NCBI GenBank assembly: GCA_016744975.1
Contig: JADGDI010000004.1
Span: 8,159-72,158, forward strand
Direction of reading: 5' to 3'
DNA length: 64,000 bases
Source of the DNA: Hyphomicrobiales bacterium
Lineage (GTDB): Bacteria > Pseudomonadota > Alphaproteobacteria > Rhizobiales > OSC116
Shown here: in pieces, positions 52,348 through 62,454 of the stretch
Numbering within the stretch: position 1 is the stretch's first letter
Layout of the letters: each line of letters opens with the position of its first letter
The notes under the pieces: generated by a model
Seen by the model: the letters and a program-made list of their open reading frames with translations, nothing else
Told to the model about the DNA's origin: nothing
Database searches by the model: none
Position numbers and translations under genes: made by a program

Positions 52348-53148
52348 TCACATATAGATATAAATTAACAATGCGGTGCCAAGTACCAGACGGTAAATAA
52401 CGAATGGCGCCATGCTCATGCGTTTTAATAATGCCATCAGCCCCCATATTGAAACCAGCGCCACAATGAATGAAAAACCCGCCATCATCACTGCATCAAG
52501 TTGAATGTTGATGTCAGTTTCTTTGCTTAGGTCAAGCAAGGCGAGTAATGTGGCGCCTAAAATGGTTGGGATGCTCATTAACATTGAAAACCGTGCTGCC
52601 TCATCACGTTTAAAGCCCAATAGCCTCGCCATTGTCATGGTTGTACCGCTGCGGCTAGAGCCTGGAATGAGCGCTATGACTTGAGCTAATCCAATTAAAA
52701 TAGCATCTTTTGTGGTTAAATTTTGATAAGATTGCACTTGCTTGCCAATGCGATCAAAAACATAAAGCAGCACTGCAAAAATGATATTTGCCCATGCGAT
52801 TACCTGCAAATTGCGCAAATCATCAATGACTCCGGTTTTTTTGAGTATAAAGCCGACAATAAAAACGGGTATGGTTGCCACTATAATTAACAGGAATAAA
52901 CGGCGGTTTTGGGTTTTTTTACCTCGAAACATATCCAACATGCCGCGGCACAGATTAAGGACATCTCGATGAAAATAGATAAGTACGGCGATTAGGCTGC
53001 CAAAATGCAGCGCAACATCGCTCACCACGCCTTGATCATGCCAATTGGTCAGCAGAGGAAGCATTGCCAAATGACCAGAGGAAGAAATTGGCAAAAATTC
53101 TGTAATGCCCTGAATGAGTGAAAGAATGATGATTTGTTCTAGTGACAT
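52348..53148 (-). CDS. uppP: Undecaprenyl-diphosphate phosphatase
   Basis: From ATG 53148: MSLEQIIILSLIQGITEFLPISSSGHL, then PGSSRSG. ~8 TM. Confidence 0.9.
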   Translation of the reverse strand: MSLEQIIILSLIQGITEFLPISSSGHLAMLPLLTNWHDQGVVSDVALHFGSLIAVLIYFHRDVLNLCRGMLDMFRGKKTQNRRLFLLIIVATIPVFIVGFILKKTGVIDDLRNLQVIAWANIIFAVLLYVFDRIGKQVQSYQNLTTKDAILIGLAQVIALIPGSSRSGTTMTMARLLGFKRDEAARFSMLMSIPTILGATLLALLDLSKETDINIQLDAVMMAGFSFIVALVSIWGLMALLKRMSMAPFVIYRLVLGTALLIYIYM

Positions 53149-53309
53149 AAAAAATCCATATTGGCCGATTAACATTTTTACCATATTTAGGTAAAATTTA
53201 TTATGTTTCGATTAACATAATTATTGAATTCATATATGATTATATAAAACCGCTCACAGATGCTAACAAAATGGCTAAACCAATCATTAAGCGAAGAGGC
53301 CTTTAAACC

Positions 53310-54005
53310 ATGATAAAACTGTTGCAATTTCCGCTTTGTCCATTTTCGCGGCGCGCTCGCATGACGATGGATGAGTATAATATTGCCTATGAATTACTAG
53401 AAGAGCATCCTTGGGCATGGAATGAAGAGTTTTTGACATTAAACCCCGCCGCAAATTTACCTGTTTTGGTCGAAAATAAAAACACCATTCTTTGTGGCAT
53501 TGGGCCAATTGCAGAATATTTTGACGAAACCACTGCTAAAAGCAGCATTAGCCACATCTCACTATATTTAGGTACAGCGGTGAATCGGGCTGAAGTTAGG
53601 CGCCTAATTGAATGGTTTGATCATAAATTCAACCGTGAAGTAACCGAACTGATTGTATCTGAAAAAATTTACAAACGCTTTATTACAGTGAGCGAAGGCG
53701 GCGGGTCGCCCGACATGCAGGTGATTAGAGCTGGCATGCAAAATTTAGATTATCATTTAAAATATATTGACCATTTACTGATTGACCGCCACTGGTTGGC
53801 AGGTGAGCATATGAGCCAAGCCGATTTTGCAGCTGCGGCACATTTAAGCTGTCTTGATTATACCTCAGACGTGCCTTGGAATGAATTTTTGCAGGTTAAA
53901 GAATGGTATGTACGGATAAAATCTCGGCCATCATTCCGCGGTATTTTAGAAGATAAAATGTTGGGTTTTCACCCTTCTGCTCATTATGCTGATTTGGATT
54001 TTTAA
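53310..54005 (+). CDS. Glutathione S-transferase family protein
   Basis: 231 aa. Thioredoxin-fold N-terminus with CPFS, LNPAANLPVL, and an alpha-helical C-terminal domain. Confidence 0.72.
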   Translation: MIKLLQFPLCPFSRRARMTMDEYNIAYELLEEHPWAWNEEFLTLNPAANLPVLVENKNTILCGIGPIAEYFDETTAKSSISHISLYLGTAVNRAEVRRLIEWFDHKFNREVTELIVSEKIYKRFITVSEGGGSPDMQVIRAGMQNLDYHLKYIDHLLIDRHWLAGEHMSQADFAAAAHLSCLDYTSDVPWNEFLQVKEWYVRIKSRPSFRGILEDKMLGFHPSAHYADLDF

Positions 54006-54042
54006 CCGATATGAAATTCCATAAATATGTTAATATAACGCG

Positions 54043-55245
54043 ATGAATACCACCCTTATAAACAATCTACCCGTTAAAACCCAACGTGAAATTGCTCAAT
54101 TGATTAGCCAAGAAGCCAAAGCTCTGGGTTTTGACATTGTAGGCTTCACGCATCCAGAAAAAGTTGGTTTTGCTGGTGAGCATTTGAAACAATTTGTCGA
54201 GCAAGAATTATATGGTGAAATGACTTGGATGGTTGATACATTAGCGCGCAGGTCTAAACCCAACAACCTATGGCAAGAGGTTAATAGCGTTATTATGCTT
54301 GGCATGAATTATGGCCCAACGGATGACCCACTTTGGCAGCTTGAACATAAAGATAATGGTGTGATAAGTGTTTATGCGCGTGGCCATGATTATCATGATT
54401 TGATTAAAAAAAAGCTCAAGGCATTAGCACGTTTTATGGTGCAGCAATTGCCCAAACAGTTTGAAATTGAGCAAGACATTGATGTGAAGGTTTTTGTGGA
54501 CACAGCCCCAGTGATGGAAAAACCTTTAGCAGGTGCTGCTGGGCTTGGTTGGCAAGGCAAGCATACCAATTTAGTCTCCAAACAATTTGGCTCATGGTTG
54601 TTTTTAGGCTCTATATTTACCACGCTTAAATTGCCGCAAACTGCGCCTGTTAAAGACCATTGCGGCTCATGCAGCGCATGTTTGGATATTTGCCCAACCG
54701 ATGCTTTTATTCAGATGCGCCAAATTGACGCGCGAAAATGCATTTCATATTTAACCATTGAATATGGCGGGCATATAGAGCGGCAATTGCGCCCTAAAAT
54801 TGGCAATCATATTTATGGTTGTGATGATTGTTTAGCGGCATGTCCGTGGAACAAATTTGCTCAAACATCAAAAGAAGCTAAATTTCATGCGCGTGTTGAA
54901 CTGTCGATGCCATCATTAAGTGACTTGGTTATGTTAGACGATACCAGTTTTCGAGATATTTTTACAGCCTCACCTATAAAGCGCATTAAGCGTAGGCGGT
55001 TTATTCGCAACGTGTTAATTGCCATTGGTAATAGTGGCAACATGCAATATATAGAGCAAATTAAAATATTGCTTGAAGATGAAGAACCGCTGATTCGTGG
55101 AGCCGCGATATGGGCGGCAGAGCAACTGATGAATGCGAGTGATTTTGTTAATTTGCATAAAAAGCTGGCTGCTATCGAAAGAGATACAGGGGTGATTGAA
55201 GAATGGCAACAGTCATTAAAGGCTGTTCAATTAATCGAGTTATAA
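54043..55245 (+). CDS. queG: Epoxyqueuosine reductase
   Basis: 400 aa. Ferredoxin-type clusters CGSCSACLDICPT and CDDCLAACPWN, plus a C-terminal HEAT-like repeat. Confidence 0.9.
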   Translation: MNTTLINNLPVKTQREIAQLISQEAKALGFDIVGFTHPEKVGFAGEHLKQFVEQELYGEMTWMVDTLARRSKPNNLWQEVNSVIMLGMNYGPTDDPLWQLEHKDNGVISVYARGHDYHDLIKKKLKALARFMVQQLPKQFEIEQDIDVKVFVDTAPVMEKPLAGAAGLGWQGKHTNLVSKQFGSWLFLGSIFTTLKLPQTAPVKDHCGSCSACLDICPTDAFIQMRQIDARKCISYLTIEYGGHIERQLRPKIGNHIYGCDDCLAACPWNKFAQTSKEAKFHARVELSMPSLSDLVMLDDTSFRDIFTASPIKRIKRRRFIRNVLIAIGNSGNMQYIEQIKILLEDEEPLIRGAAIWAAEQLMNASDFVNLHKKLAAIERDTGVIEEWQQSLKAVQLIEL

Positions 55246-55246
55246 T

Positions 55247-56110
55247 ATGAAGAAAATATTTATTTTTGGCATGGGATATGTTGCACAGCATTTAGCAAAA
55301 ATACTGCAAGCAGATTATAATATGGTGGGCTGTTCTCGAAAATATAATGAAAATAATGACCATGTATATTTATGGGATGGTGCTAAATTTGATCAGAAAA
55401 TTGCCGATGAATTAAAGACAGCCGATGCCATTCTTTGTTCAATACCACCAAATGAGCAGGGTGACTTGGCATTTTTGGCGTTTGAACAAGTTATAGCAAA
55501 GTCTGCTGCGACATGGATTGGCTATTTATCGACTACTGGGGTTTATGGTGACCATCAGGGCGGCATTGTGGGCGAGCAAACTGCACTTAATGCCCAAAAT
55601 ATACGTGCTAAGCGCCGTATTGTAGCTGAAAATCAGTTCTGCTCATTGGAAAGAGAAAATCTTAGTATTAATGTTTTTCGTCTGCCGGGCATCTATGGAG
55701 CTGGTCGCTCAAACTTTGAAACAATTAATGCAGGGCGGGCTAAGCGTATTGACATGCGGCTTAAAAATGGTAAACCGCACTTTTTTTGCCGCGCACATGT
55801 TGAGGATATTGCAGCTGTGTTAAAAGCCTCGCTTGAAAAGTCACCTAAGGGCTGTAATGTTTATAATATCGCCGATGATATGCCAGCGCCAAACCAAATG
55901 GTAATTGAATATGCTACAAATCTTATGCAGGTGGATGGCTTGCCGTTAATTTCGGCAGCTGATGCAAATCTGAGCCTAATGGCAAAAAGCTTTTATAGTG
56001 ACTGCAAACATGTAAGCAATCAGAAGATAAAACAGCAATTGGGCATAAAGTTGAAATATCCAAATTACAAATTGGGTCTGGGGGCGATATGGCGGCAGAT
56101 GAAACCATAA
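55247..56110 (+). CDS. NAD(P)-binding Rossmann-fold (SDR/epimerase-like) protein
   Basis: 287 aa. N-terminal IFIFGMGYVAQHLA glycine-rich loop. The start lies 1 nt after the queG stop. Confidence 0.6.
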   Translation: MKKIFIFGMGYVAQHLAKILQADYNMVGCSRKYNENNDHVYLWDGAKFDQKIADELKTADAILCSIPPNEQGDLAFLAFEQVIAKSAATWIGYLSTTGVYGDHQGGIVGEQTALNAQNIRAKRRIVAENQFCSLERENLSINVFRLPGIYGAGRSNFETINAGRAKRIDMRLKNGKPHFFCRAHVEDIAAVLKASLEKSPKGCNVYNIADDMPAPNQMVIEYATNLMQVDGLPLISAADANLSLMAKSFYSDCKHVSNQKIKQQLGIKLKYPNYKLGLGAIWRQMKP

Positions 56111-56451
56111 AAGATGCAAAAAACATATGTATTTTAGCCATCAAAGATGGCATTTCAGCCGATGATTATCGAGCGCTTACAGAATATTTCAACCAAGCGC
56201 AATTCACACTTTTGGCGCCTGATTTTGCATTTGAGGATTTGGATCAGGCAGCCGCGCCTGACCTTTGGCACGATGGTGCAAGGAGTGGGTTTTTAAAAGT
56301 TTTAACCATTTCTAGGCGCATGTCTTGGTCAAGTTTTGACTTAGTGATTAATTGGCAAGGTGGCGGTATAGAAAAAGCGCTTTGTTTTATGTTGTTGCCC
56401 AAACCAATCATTATGAATAAAAACCAGTTATTGACCCAAATTGACTGCTAA
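56089..56451 (+). CDS. Hypothetical protein (doubtful ORF)
   Basis: 120-aa ORF overlapping the previous gene by 22 nt. No recognised motif apart from a faint FDLVINWQGG resemblance to the N-terminal half of GT9 glycosyltransferases. Confidence 0.35.
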   Translation: MAADETIKDAKNICILAIKDGISADDYRALTEYFNQAQFTLLAPDFAFEDLDQAAAPDLWHDGARSGFLKVLTISRRMSWSSFDLVINWQGGGIEKALCFMLLPKPIIMNKNQLLTQIDC

Positions 56452-56618
56452 TTTATGGTTTTAGTAAACAAATTTATGCTTTTAGTGAGTAATTCTATTA
56501 TTTAATAAAAATTTGCGTTGCATCACTTGACTAATCGTCTCTAATCATTTTATGTGCTACTTGCATATAGAGTTTCACATTATATATGTTTTTTTTAGGT
56601 AATTTAAGGAGCGAATCA

Positions 56619-57155
56619 ATAGCTCGTAGACCCATGAATAAGATGCCAGAACGTACTGGCCCAAGAATTAATCAATTGATTAGAGTGCCAGAAGTAATGC
56701 TGGTTGGCGCAGATGGTGTTAATGTTGGGGTAATCCCAACCGAAGAAGCCATTGCCAAAGCCTTTGAAATAGGACTGGATTTGGTTGAAGTCTCGCCAAA
56801 TGCCAAACCACCAGTGTGTAAACTGATGGATTATGGCAAGCATAAGTTCCAAGCTCAGAAAAAAGCTTCTGAAGCACGTAAAAGGCAAAAAATTGTCGAA
56901 GTTAAAGAAGTTAAAATGCGCCCGAATATCGACACGCATGACTATGACACCAAAATGCGCAATTTGGAGAAGTTTATTGGCAAGGGTGATAAAGTTAAAG
57001 TCACTTTACGTTTTCGCGGTCGTGAAATGGCGCATCAACATTTGGGTATGGAATTGTTGCAACGCGTTAAAACTGATGCAGCTGAATATTCCAAGGCAGA
57101 ATTAGAGCCAAAGCTTGAAGGCCGCCAAATGATTATGATTTTAACCGGCAAATAA
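56619..57155 (+). CDS. infC: Translation initiation factor IF-3 (probable ATA start)
   Basis: IF3 homology ([32 protein letters not shown]...). AAGGAG (56606-56611) lies 7 nt upstream of in-frame ATA 56619. infC-rpmI-rplT synteny. The alternative start ATG 56634 is 22 nt from the Shine-Dalgarno. Confidence 0.88.
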   Translation: MARRPMNKMPERTGPRINQLIRVPEVMLVGADGVNVGVIPTEEAIAKAFEIGLDLVEVSPNAKPPVCKLMDYGKHKFQAQKKASEARKRQKIVEVKEVKMRPNIDTHDYDTKMRNLEKFIGKGDKVKVTLRFRGREMAHQHLGMELLQRVKTDAAEYSKAELEPKLEGRQMIMILTGK

Positions 57156-57181
57156 ACCCGCCTGTTGATTTAAACTTTAAA

Positions 57182-57215
57182 ACCATGCATCAATAACTTG
57201 ATGGGTGGTTTTTTT
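57182..57215 (+). terminator. Rho-independent terminator/attenuator after infC
   Basis: ACCATGCATCAA-TAAC-TTGATGGGTGGT followed by TTTTTTT. Confidence 0.7.
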
Positions 57216-57414
57216 ACGTTCAACGTGAATGGATAATTCAAATATATATTATTTGATAATTTTCGGTTCATTACTATAACAAACACTTGCTTTGATGGGA
57301 AAAGCATTTTATAAACCCCAGATCAGTCATCCGGCTCATATGGGTTGCCGTGTTGATTGTTAAAGCTTAATGAAACTTTGATGGGCAACCATCATCTAAT
57401 TAAAAGAGAGCAAA

Positions 57415-57612
57415 ATGCCCAAATTGAAAACAAAAAGCGGTGTTAAAAAACGCTTTAAGCTTACAAAATCAGGTAAGGTGAAGGCCGGCCAAGCTGGTAA
57501 ACGCCATGGTATGATTAAACGTACAAATAAACAAATACGTAATAAACGTGGTACCACAGTTTTATGTGCTGCTGACGCGCGTATTATTAAACAATTTATG
57601 CCGTACGGCTGA
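57415..57612 (+). CDS. rpmI: 50S ribosomal protein L35
   Basis: [23 protein letters not shown]..., 65 aa. Confidence 0.96.
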   Translation: MPKLKTKSGVKKRFKLTKSGKVKAGQAGKRHGMIKRTNKQIRNKRGTTVLCAADARIIKQFMPYG

Positions 57613-57630
57613 GCTTAAAGGAATTAAAAC

Positions 57631-57990
57631 ATGTCACGTGTTAAAAGAGGCGTAACCACTCACGCCCGTCATCGTAAAGTCATTAAAGCCGCCAAAGGTT
57701 ATTATGGCGCCCGTAAAAATACATTTCGTATTGCAAACCAAGCCGTTGAAAAAGCTGGCCAATATGCATATCGTGATAGACGCAACAAAAAGCGTGCTTT
57801 CCGTGCATTATGGATCCAACGCATTAATGCTGCTGCACGTTTAAATGGTCTTAATTATGGTCGATTTATCAACGGTCTCAGCCTTGCTGGCATCGAAGTT
57901 GACCGTAAAGTTCTGGCCGACCTAGCTGTTCGTGAACCTGAGGCCTTTGCTACACTTGTAGAGAAAGCCAAAGCCGCGATTGCTGCTTAA
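57631..57990 (+). CDS. rplT: 50S ribosomal protein L20
   Basis: [29 protein letters not shown]..., 119 aa. Confidence 0.96.
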   Translation: MSRVKRGVTTHARHRKVIKAAKGYYGARKNTFRIANQAVEKAGQYAYRDRRNKKRAFRALWIQRINAAARLNGLNYGRFINGLSLAGIEVDRKVLADLAVREPEAFATLVEKAKAAIAA

Positions 57991-58023
57991 GGAAACTTAA
58001 GATAGTATAAAAGCTGAAGATTC

Positions 58024-58080
58024 AAAGCTCTATGAGCGTAAGCTACCAAATGGTAAAGCTGCGTTGATAGGGCTTTTTTT
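58024..58080 (+). terminator. Long imperfect hairpin plus U-tract after rplT
   Basis: AAGCTCTATGAGCGTAAGCTACCA...TGGTAAAGCTGCGTTGATAGGGCTT, followed by TTTTTTT. Confidence 0.55.
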
Positions 58081-58122
58081 ATGCTAAATAACGCCAAATA
58101 AAATTATAAAATAGGTGATACT

Positions 58123-59205
58123 ATGGCAGATCTTGCCGAACTTGAACAAAAAATAATAGGCCTTATTGCCACTGCAGATGACCTTGGCGTGCTTGAGAGC
58201 ATTCGAATTGATGCATTGGGTAAAAAAGGTGAAATTTCACTATTGCTTAAAACATTGGGTAAAATGCAGGCCGAAGAACGCAAAACTTTTGGCGCTGCCG
58301 TAAACCAGCTTAAAGGCCGCATCAACCAAGCATTAGCAACACGAAAAACCGCCTTAGAAGATGAAGTGCTGGACAAACGTTTAGCCACAGAAACTTTGGA
58401 TGTTACTTTACCTGTTCAGGCTGACCCAAGCCACCAAGGCCGCTTGCACCCACTTAGTCAAGTGTGGGAAGAAGTGACCGCTATTTTTGCCGATATGGGT
58501 TTTACCATTGCCGATGGCCCGCATATTGAAACTGATTTTTATAATTTTACCGCACTGAACATTCCCCCGCATCACCCTGCACGCCAAGAACATGACACCT
58601 TTTATTTTGCGCCAGATGCTGAGGGCAATCGCAAAGTGTTGCGCACTCAAACTTCGAACGTGCAAATTCGAACGATGGAAAACCAAGAACCCCCAATTCG
58701 CATTGTTGCGCCAGGGCGGACTTACCGTTGTGATAGTGATTTAACCCACACCCCGCAATTTCACCAAATCGAAGCTTTGGTTATTGATAAAGTGACGACA
58801 TTGGGGCATTTAAAAGGCACGTTGGAAGAGTTTTTTAAAGCATTTTTTGAAGTGGATGATTTAAAAATCCGTTTTCGATCAAACCATTTTCCATTCACAG
58901 AGATTAGTTATGAGGTGGATATTTCATACAGCCGCGTTGGTAATAAAATTGTCATTGGTGATGGTGAGGAATGGCTTGAGATTTTAGGTTCTGGCATGGT
59001 GCACCCTAATGTATTGCGTAATTGCGGGCTTGACCCGGATGTCTATCAAGGCTTTGCATTTGGGATGGGTATTGACCGCATTGCCATGCTTAAATATGGC
59101 ATTCCAGATTTACGCGCATTTTTTGATGCCGATTTACGCTGGATCGAACATTATGGGTTTACCCCCTTTGACATCCCATCTTTAGCAGGAGGCTTAAGCC
59201 GATGA
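58123..59205 (+). CDS. pheS: Phenylalanine--tRNA ligase alpha subunit
   Basis: 360 aa. Class II motifs ([43 protein letters not shown]). Confidence 0.97.
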   Translation: MADLAELEQKIIGLIATADDLGVLESIRIDALGKKGEISLLLKTLGKMQAEERKTFGAAVNQLKGRINQALATRKTALEDEVLDKRLATETLDVTLPVQADPSHQGRLHPLSQVWEEVTAIFADMGFTIADGPHIETDFYNFTALNIPPHHPARQEHDTFYFAPDAEGNRKVLRTQTSNVQIRTMENQEPPIRIVAPGRTYRCDSDLTHTPQFHQIEALVIDKVTTLGHLKGTLEEFFKAFFEVDDLKIRFRSNHFPFTEISYEVDISYSRVGNKIVIGDGEEWLEILGSGMVHPNVLRNCGLDPDVYQGFAFGMGIDRIAMLKYGIPDLRAFFDADLRWIEHYGFTPFDIPSLAGGLSR

Positions 59206-61643
59206 AATTTACCTTAAGCTGGTTAAAAGACTATTTGGACACCGATGCAAGTCTTGTACAGATTTGCGACATATTAACCGATATCGGCCTTGAAGTTGAA
59301 GAGTTGGTTGATAATGGCGCATTGCTTGCGCCCTTTACAGTTGGTTATGTAACCGATGCCATTCAGCACCCAAATGCCGACAAGTTGAGGCTTTGTACCG
59401 TTGATATTGGTGATGGCGAAAGTATGCAGGTTGTTTGCGGTGCGCCCAATGCCCGCGCTGGTATTAAAGTGGTATTTGCCCGCGAAGGTTTGACCATACC
59501 TAGCAATGGTATGCTGTTAAAGCCGACTGAAATTCGCGGTGTAAAATCATGTGGGATGATTTGTTCTGAACGTGAAATGGGCATGTCAGACGAGCATGAT
59601 GGCATTATTGAACTGCCAGAAAATTCAGTGGTTGGTGAGCCTTTTGCGCCAATATTTGGCATTGATGACCCGATGATTGAAATTGCCATCACGCCCAACC
59701 GCCCAGACTGTTTGGGTGTTTATGGCATAGCACGTGATTTGGCCGCTGCAGGTCTTGGTAAGTTGAAAACAGATGCTGCGAAAATTATACCGATTAAGGG
59801 CAGCTTTAAAAGCGACGTTGATATTGAGTTGAATTTTGATGAAGTAAGCAACTCAGCTTGCAAGCAGTTTGCAGGGCGATTGATTAAAAATGTAGAAAAT
59901 CGCCCAAGCCCTAAATGGTTGCAGCAGCGCTTAATTGCCATTGGATTGCGGCCTATTTCGGCTTTGGTTGATATTACCAATTATGTTTCATATGACCGTT
60001 GCCGGCCGTTACATGTTTATGATGCGGATAAAATTAGCGGCAATATTATTGCTCGCATGGGCAAGCAAGGTGAGACTTATAAAGCGCTCGACGGGAAAGA
60101 CTATTCCGCCAACGAAACAACTTGTGTGATTGCCGATAGTGAGCGAGTTTTGGGCTTTGGCGGTGTGATGGGCGGCGACTATTCTGGCTCACAATTGGAC
60201 ACCAAAAACATATTCTTAGAATCGGCTTATTTTGACCCGATTGCCATTGCAATCACCGGGCGCCAAAGCGGCATTCAAAGCGATGCACGTTATAGAAATG
60301 AGCGCGGCATTGATACCCAAAGCTGTATCGAAGGCGTTGAAATGGCCACCAAACTTGTACTTGATTGGTGCGCTACAGATAATACGCTTGTTAGTGATGT
60401 CGTGATTGCGGGGGATGCCCCAATTCGCGGCAAACAGGTTGAATTCCCGATCACAGAAGTCAAACGTCTATCTAGCCTCGATGTGCCTAAGCCTCGGATG
60501 ATTTCCATTTTGTTAGACCTTGGTTTTACAGTCGCAGATAAGGGCGATATATTAATGGTGGATGCACCCGAATGGCGCCCAGACATTCATGGCAAACAAG
60601 ATTTGGTAGAAGAAATTGTACGAATTTATGGCTTTGAGCAAGTAAAATCGACACCACTTGAACGCTTAGATACCGTGGCCAAACCTGTTTTAACACCAAT
60701 TCAGAAAAAAGTTGCGACTAGTCGGCGGTTGCTAGCCTCGCGCGGTATGAAAGAGGCGGTGACTTATAGCTTTATTCCACAAGACCAAGCAGCTCTATTT
60801 AATGGTGGTGGCAAAGAATTAATATTGGAAAACCCTATTTCAGTTGAAATGTCGACCATGCGACCATCTTTATTGCCCAATCTGCTAGCGGCATCACAGC
60901 GCAATGCAGGGCGCGGCATTGCCGACCAGGCAATGTTTGAAGTGGGGCAAATTTTCCAAGGGGCAGAAAATGCCGATCAGAAGCTTGCTGCAACAGGTTT
61001 TAGACGCGGGACTGCTAAACTTGCTGGCCAAGGCCGAAATTGGCAAGGCAGCAGCCAAAAGGTTGATTTATATGATGCAAAAGCCGATGCCATTGCCATG
61101 CTAAATGGCATCGGTGAACAGGCTGAGCGCTTTCAATGCGTTGCAGATGCGCCGAGCTATTTTCACCCTGGCCGTAGTGGTACATTACGCCTTGGGCCCA
61201 AAAACATCATTGCCCATTTTGGTGAAATTCACCCGCGCATATTAAAGGCTTATGGCATTAATGAGGTGATTGTAGCATTCGAGATTATCCTTAATGCGAT
61301 ACCATTACCCAAGAAAAAAACCATCGGCAAAGCTGCTTTGAATCTATCAAACTTGCTCAATGTAAAGCGCGACTTGGCATTCATCGTGGATGAAAATGTG
61401 GAAGCAATTAAATTGCTTAATGCGGTTATTGGCGCGGATAAAAAGCAAATTTCTGGTGTGACTTTATTTGACGTATATCAAGGCACAAATATTGGCGATG
61501 GTAAAAAATCACTGGCGGTTGAATTTAGCATCAAGCAGAGCGAGAAGACATTGAATGATGAGGAGCTGACTATAATTATGGGCAAAGTTGTTGCCAAGGT
61601 TGAAAAAACCACCGGTGGTAAGCTTGTCGGTAGTTTAAAATAA
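59202..61643 (+). CDS. pheT: Phenylalanine--tRNA ligase beta subunit
   Basis: 813 aa. [13 protein letters not shown], tRNA-binding domain ([15 protein letters not shown]), B3/4, B5 and FDX-ACB domains. ATGA overlap with pheS. Confidence 0.97.
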   Translation: MKFTLSWLKDYLDTDASLVQICDILTDIGLEVEELVDNGALLAPFTVGYVTDAIQHPNADKLRLCTVDIGDGESMQVVCGAPNARAGIKVVFAREGLTIPSNGMLLKPTEIRGVKSCGMICSEREMGMSDEHDGIIELPENSVVGEPFAPIFGIDDPMIEIAITPNRPDCLGVYGIARDLAAAGLGKLKTDAAKIIPIKGSFKSDVDIELNFDEVSNSACKQFAGRLIKNVENRPSPKWLQQRLIAIGLRPISALVDITNYVSYDRCRPLHVYDADKISGNIIARMGKQGETYKALDGKDYSANETTCVIADSERVLGFGGVMGGDYSGSQLDTKNIFLESAYFDPIAIAITGRQSGIQSDARYRNERGIDTQSCIEGVEMATKLVLDWCATDNTLVSDVVIAGDAPIRGKQVEFPITEVKRLSSLDVPKPRMISILLDLGFTVADKGDILMVDAPEWRPDIHGKQDLVEEIVRIYGFEQVKSTPLERLDTVAKPVLTPIQKKVATSRRLLASRGMKEAVTYSFIPQDQAALFNGGGKELILENPISVEMSTMRPSLLPNLLAASQRNAGRGIADQAMFEVGQIFQGAENADQKLAATGFRRGTAKLAGQGRNWQGSSQKVDLYDAKADAIAMLNGIGEQAERFQCVADAPSYFHPGRSGTLRLGPKNIIAHFGEIHPRILKAYGINEVIVAFEIILNAIPLPKKKTIGKAALNLSNLLNVKRDLAFIVDENVEAIKLLNAVIGADKKQISGVTLFDVYQGTNIGDGKKSLAVEFSIKQSEKTLNDEELTIIMGKVVAKVEKTTGGKLVGSLK

Positions 61644-61678
61644 AAATAACTTTGCGTTTAGGCGATTAGGGTTGAATA

Positions 61679-61709
61679 AAATAGCTCAGGTTTTTCTTGA
61701 GCTATTTTT
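61679..61709. terminator. Bidirectional terminator hairpin between pheT and a convergent small ORF
   Basis: AAATAGCTCA-ggtttttc-TGAGCTATTT followed by TTTTA. It abuts the stop of the minus-strand ORF at 61708. Confidence 0.7.
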
Positions 61710-62022
61710 ATGTGTAGCGTTTGGCTTTTGGCCGAGAAAAAAATGCGGCAACAAGCAGAAAAATAAAGCCTAATAAACCAAAAAAGATGTAATTTGTTTG
61801 CTCTAATATCCACCGATATAGGCTGCGGATTGTATCATCACTATAACGATCGATGAATAAATTACTTTCACTAATACTACCTGGGAAATAATGGATAAAA
61901 AAGCTTCTAACCGAATGAAAATTCAATTCTGCACCGTCTGAATCATCTAGCAAAGTAACCCCTAGGTCAGCAAATGCCAATAAGAAGCATGGCAAGCACA
62001 ATAACAGGAAAATATATTTCAT
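61708..62022 (-). CDS. Small membrane protein (N-terminal signal/TM plus C-terminal TM), paralogue of the next ORF
   Basis: 104 aa. MKYIFLLLCLPCFLLAFA..., central ~60-aa loop, C-terminal TM (IFFGLLGFIFLLVAAFF) and a basic tail. Confidence 0.55.
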   Translation of the reverse strand: MKYIFLLLCLPCFLLAFADLGVTLLDDSDGAELNFHSVRSFFIHYFPGSISESNLFIDRYSDDTIRSLYRWILEQTNYIFFGLLGFIFLLVAAFFSRPKAKRYT

Positions 62023-62108
62023 AACAAAGATACCTTTATAGAACAGTAATTTAATAAGTTAATAGCATGTTTTTTTTATATTAAATTATTAATTAGTTTA
62101 TATCTAGA

Positions 62109-62435
62109 TCAATAAAACCCAGTTGACATTTTTTCTTTGCGTTTTTGGAATATAAAGTTAAGCACAATGATACCCGCACCGCTAATAAACAACACCAATA
62201 CACTTGGCTGTTTTGTAACCCACAATAGCGCTGGATCCCATAACGGTGCCCATAAATAATGTTCAATAAAATTTTGAGTTTGTCTAATGCCTGCTGGAAA
62301 AAGATTGTACCAAGCTTGACCGAATAATTGAAAACTGACCCTGCCACTGCTAACAATAGTAATGACATCTAACGCAAGTTGGATTAACGCCAGAAACATC
62401 AAAATAACGCCACTAAAAATGAATATCAATTGCAT
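62109..62435 (-). CDS. Small membrane protein (two TM), paralogue of the preceding ORF
   Basis: 108 aa. N-terminal TM (LIFIFSGVILMFLALIQLAL), loop with the shared pattern F-x11-FP-x2-I-x5-FI-x2-Y, C-terminal TM and a basic tail. Confidence 0.55.
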   Translation of the reverse strand: MQLIFIFSGVILMFLALIQLALDVITIVSSGRVSFQLFGQAWYNLFPAGIRQTQNFIEHYLWAPLWDPALLWVTKQPSVLVLFISGAGIIVLNFIFQKRKEKMSTGFY

Positions 62436-62454
62436 AATTATCTCCTAAATCTTT

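Noticed and set aside
57216-57414. Possible L20-binding autoregulatory leader upstream of rpmI (GGTTGCC...GGCAACC long-range pairing)
   Set aside because: I saw only a single 7-bp pairing with a ~35-nt loop. The known L20 leaders I remember are from Gammaproteobacteria and Firmicutes, so there is not enough evidence to call one here.
62093-62368. 91-aa ORF overlapping the 108-aa membrane-protein ORF in another frame
   Set aside because: The 62109-62435 frame has coherent TM topology and a paralogue next door. The alternative frame has neither.
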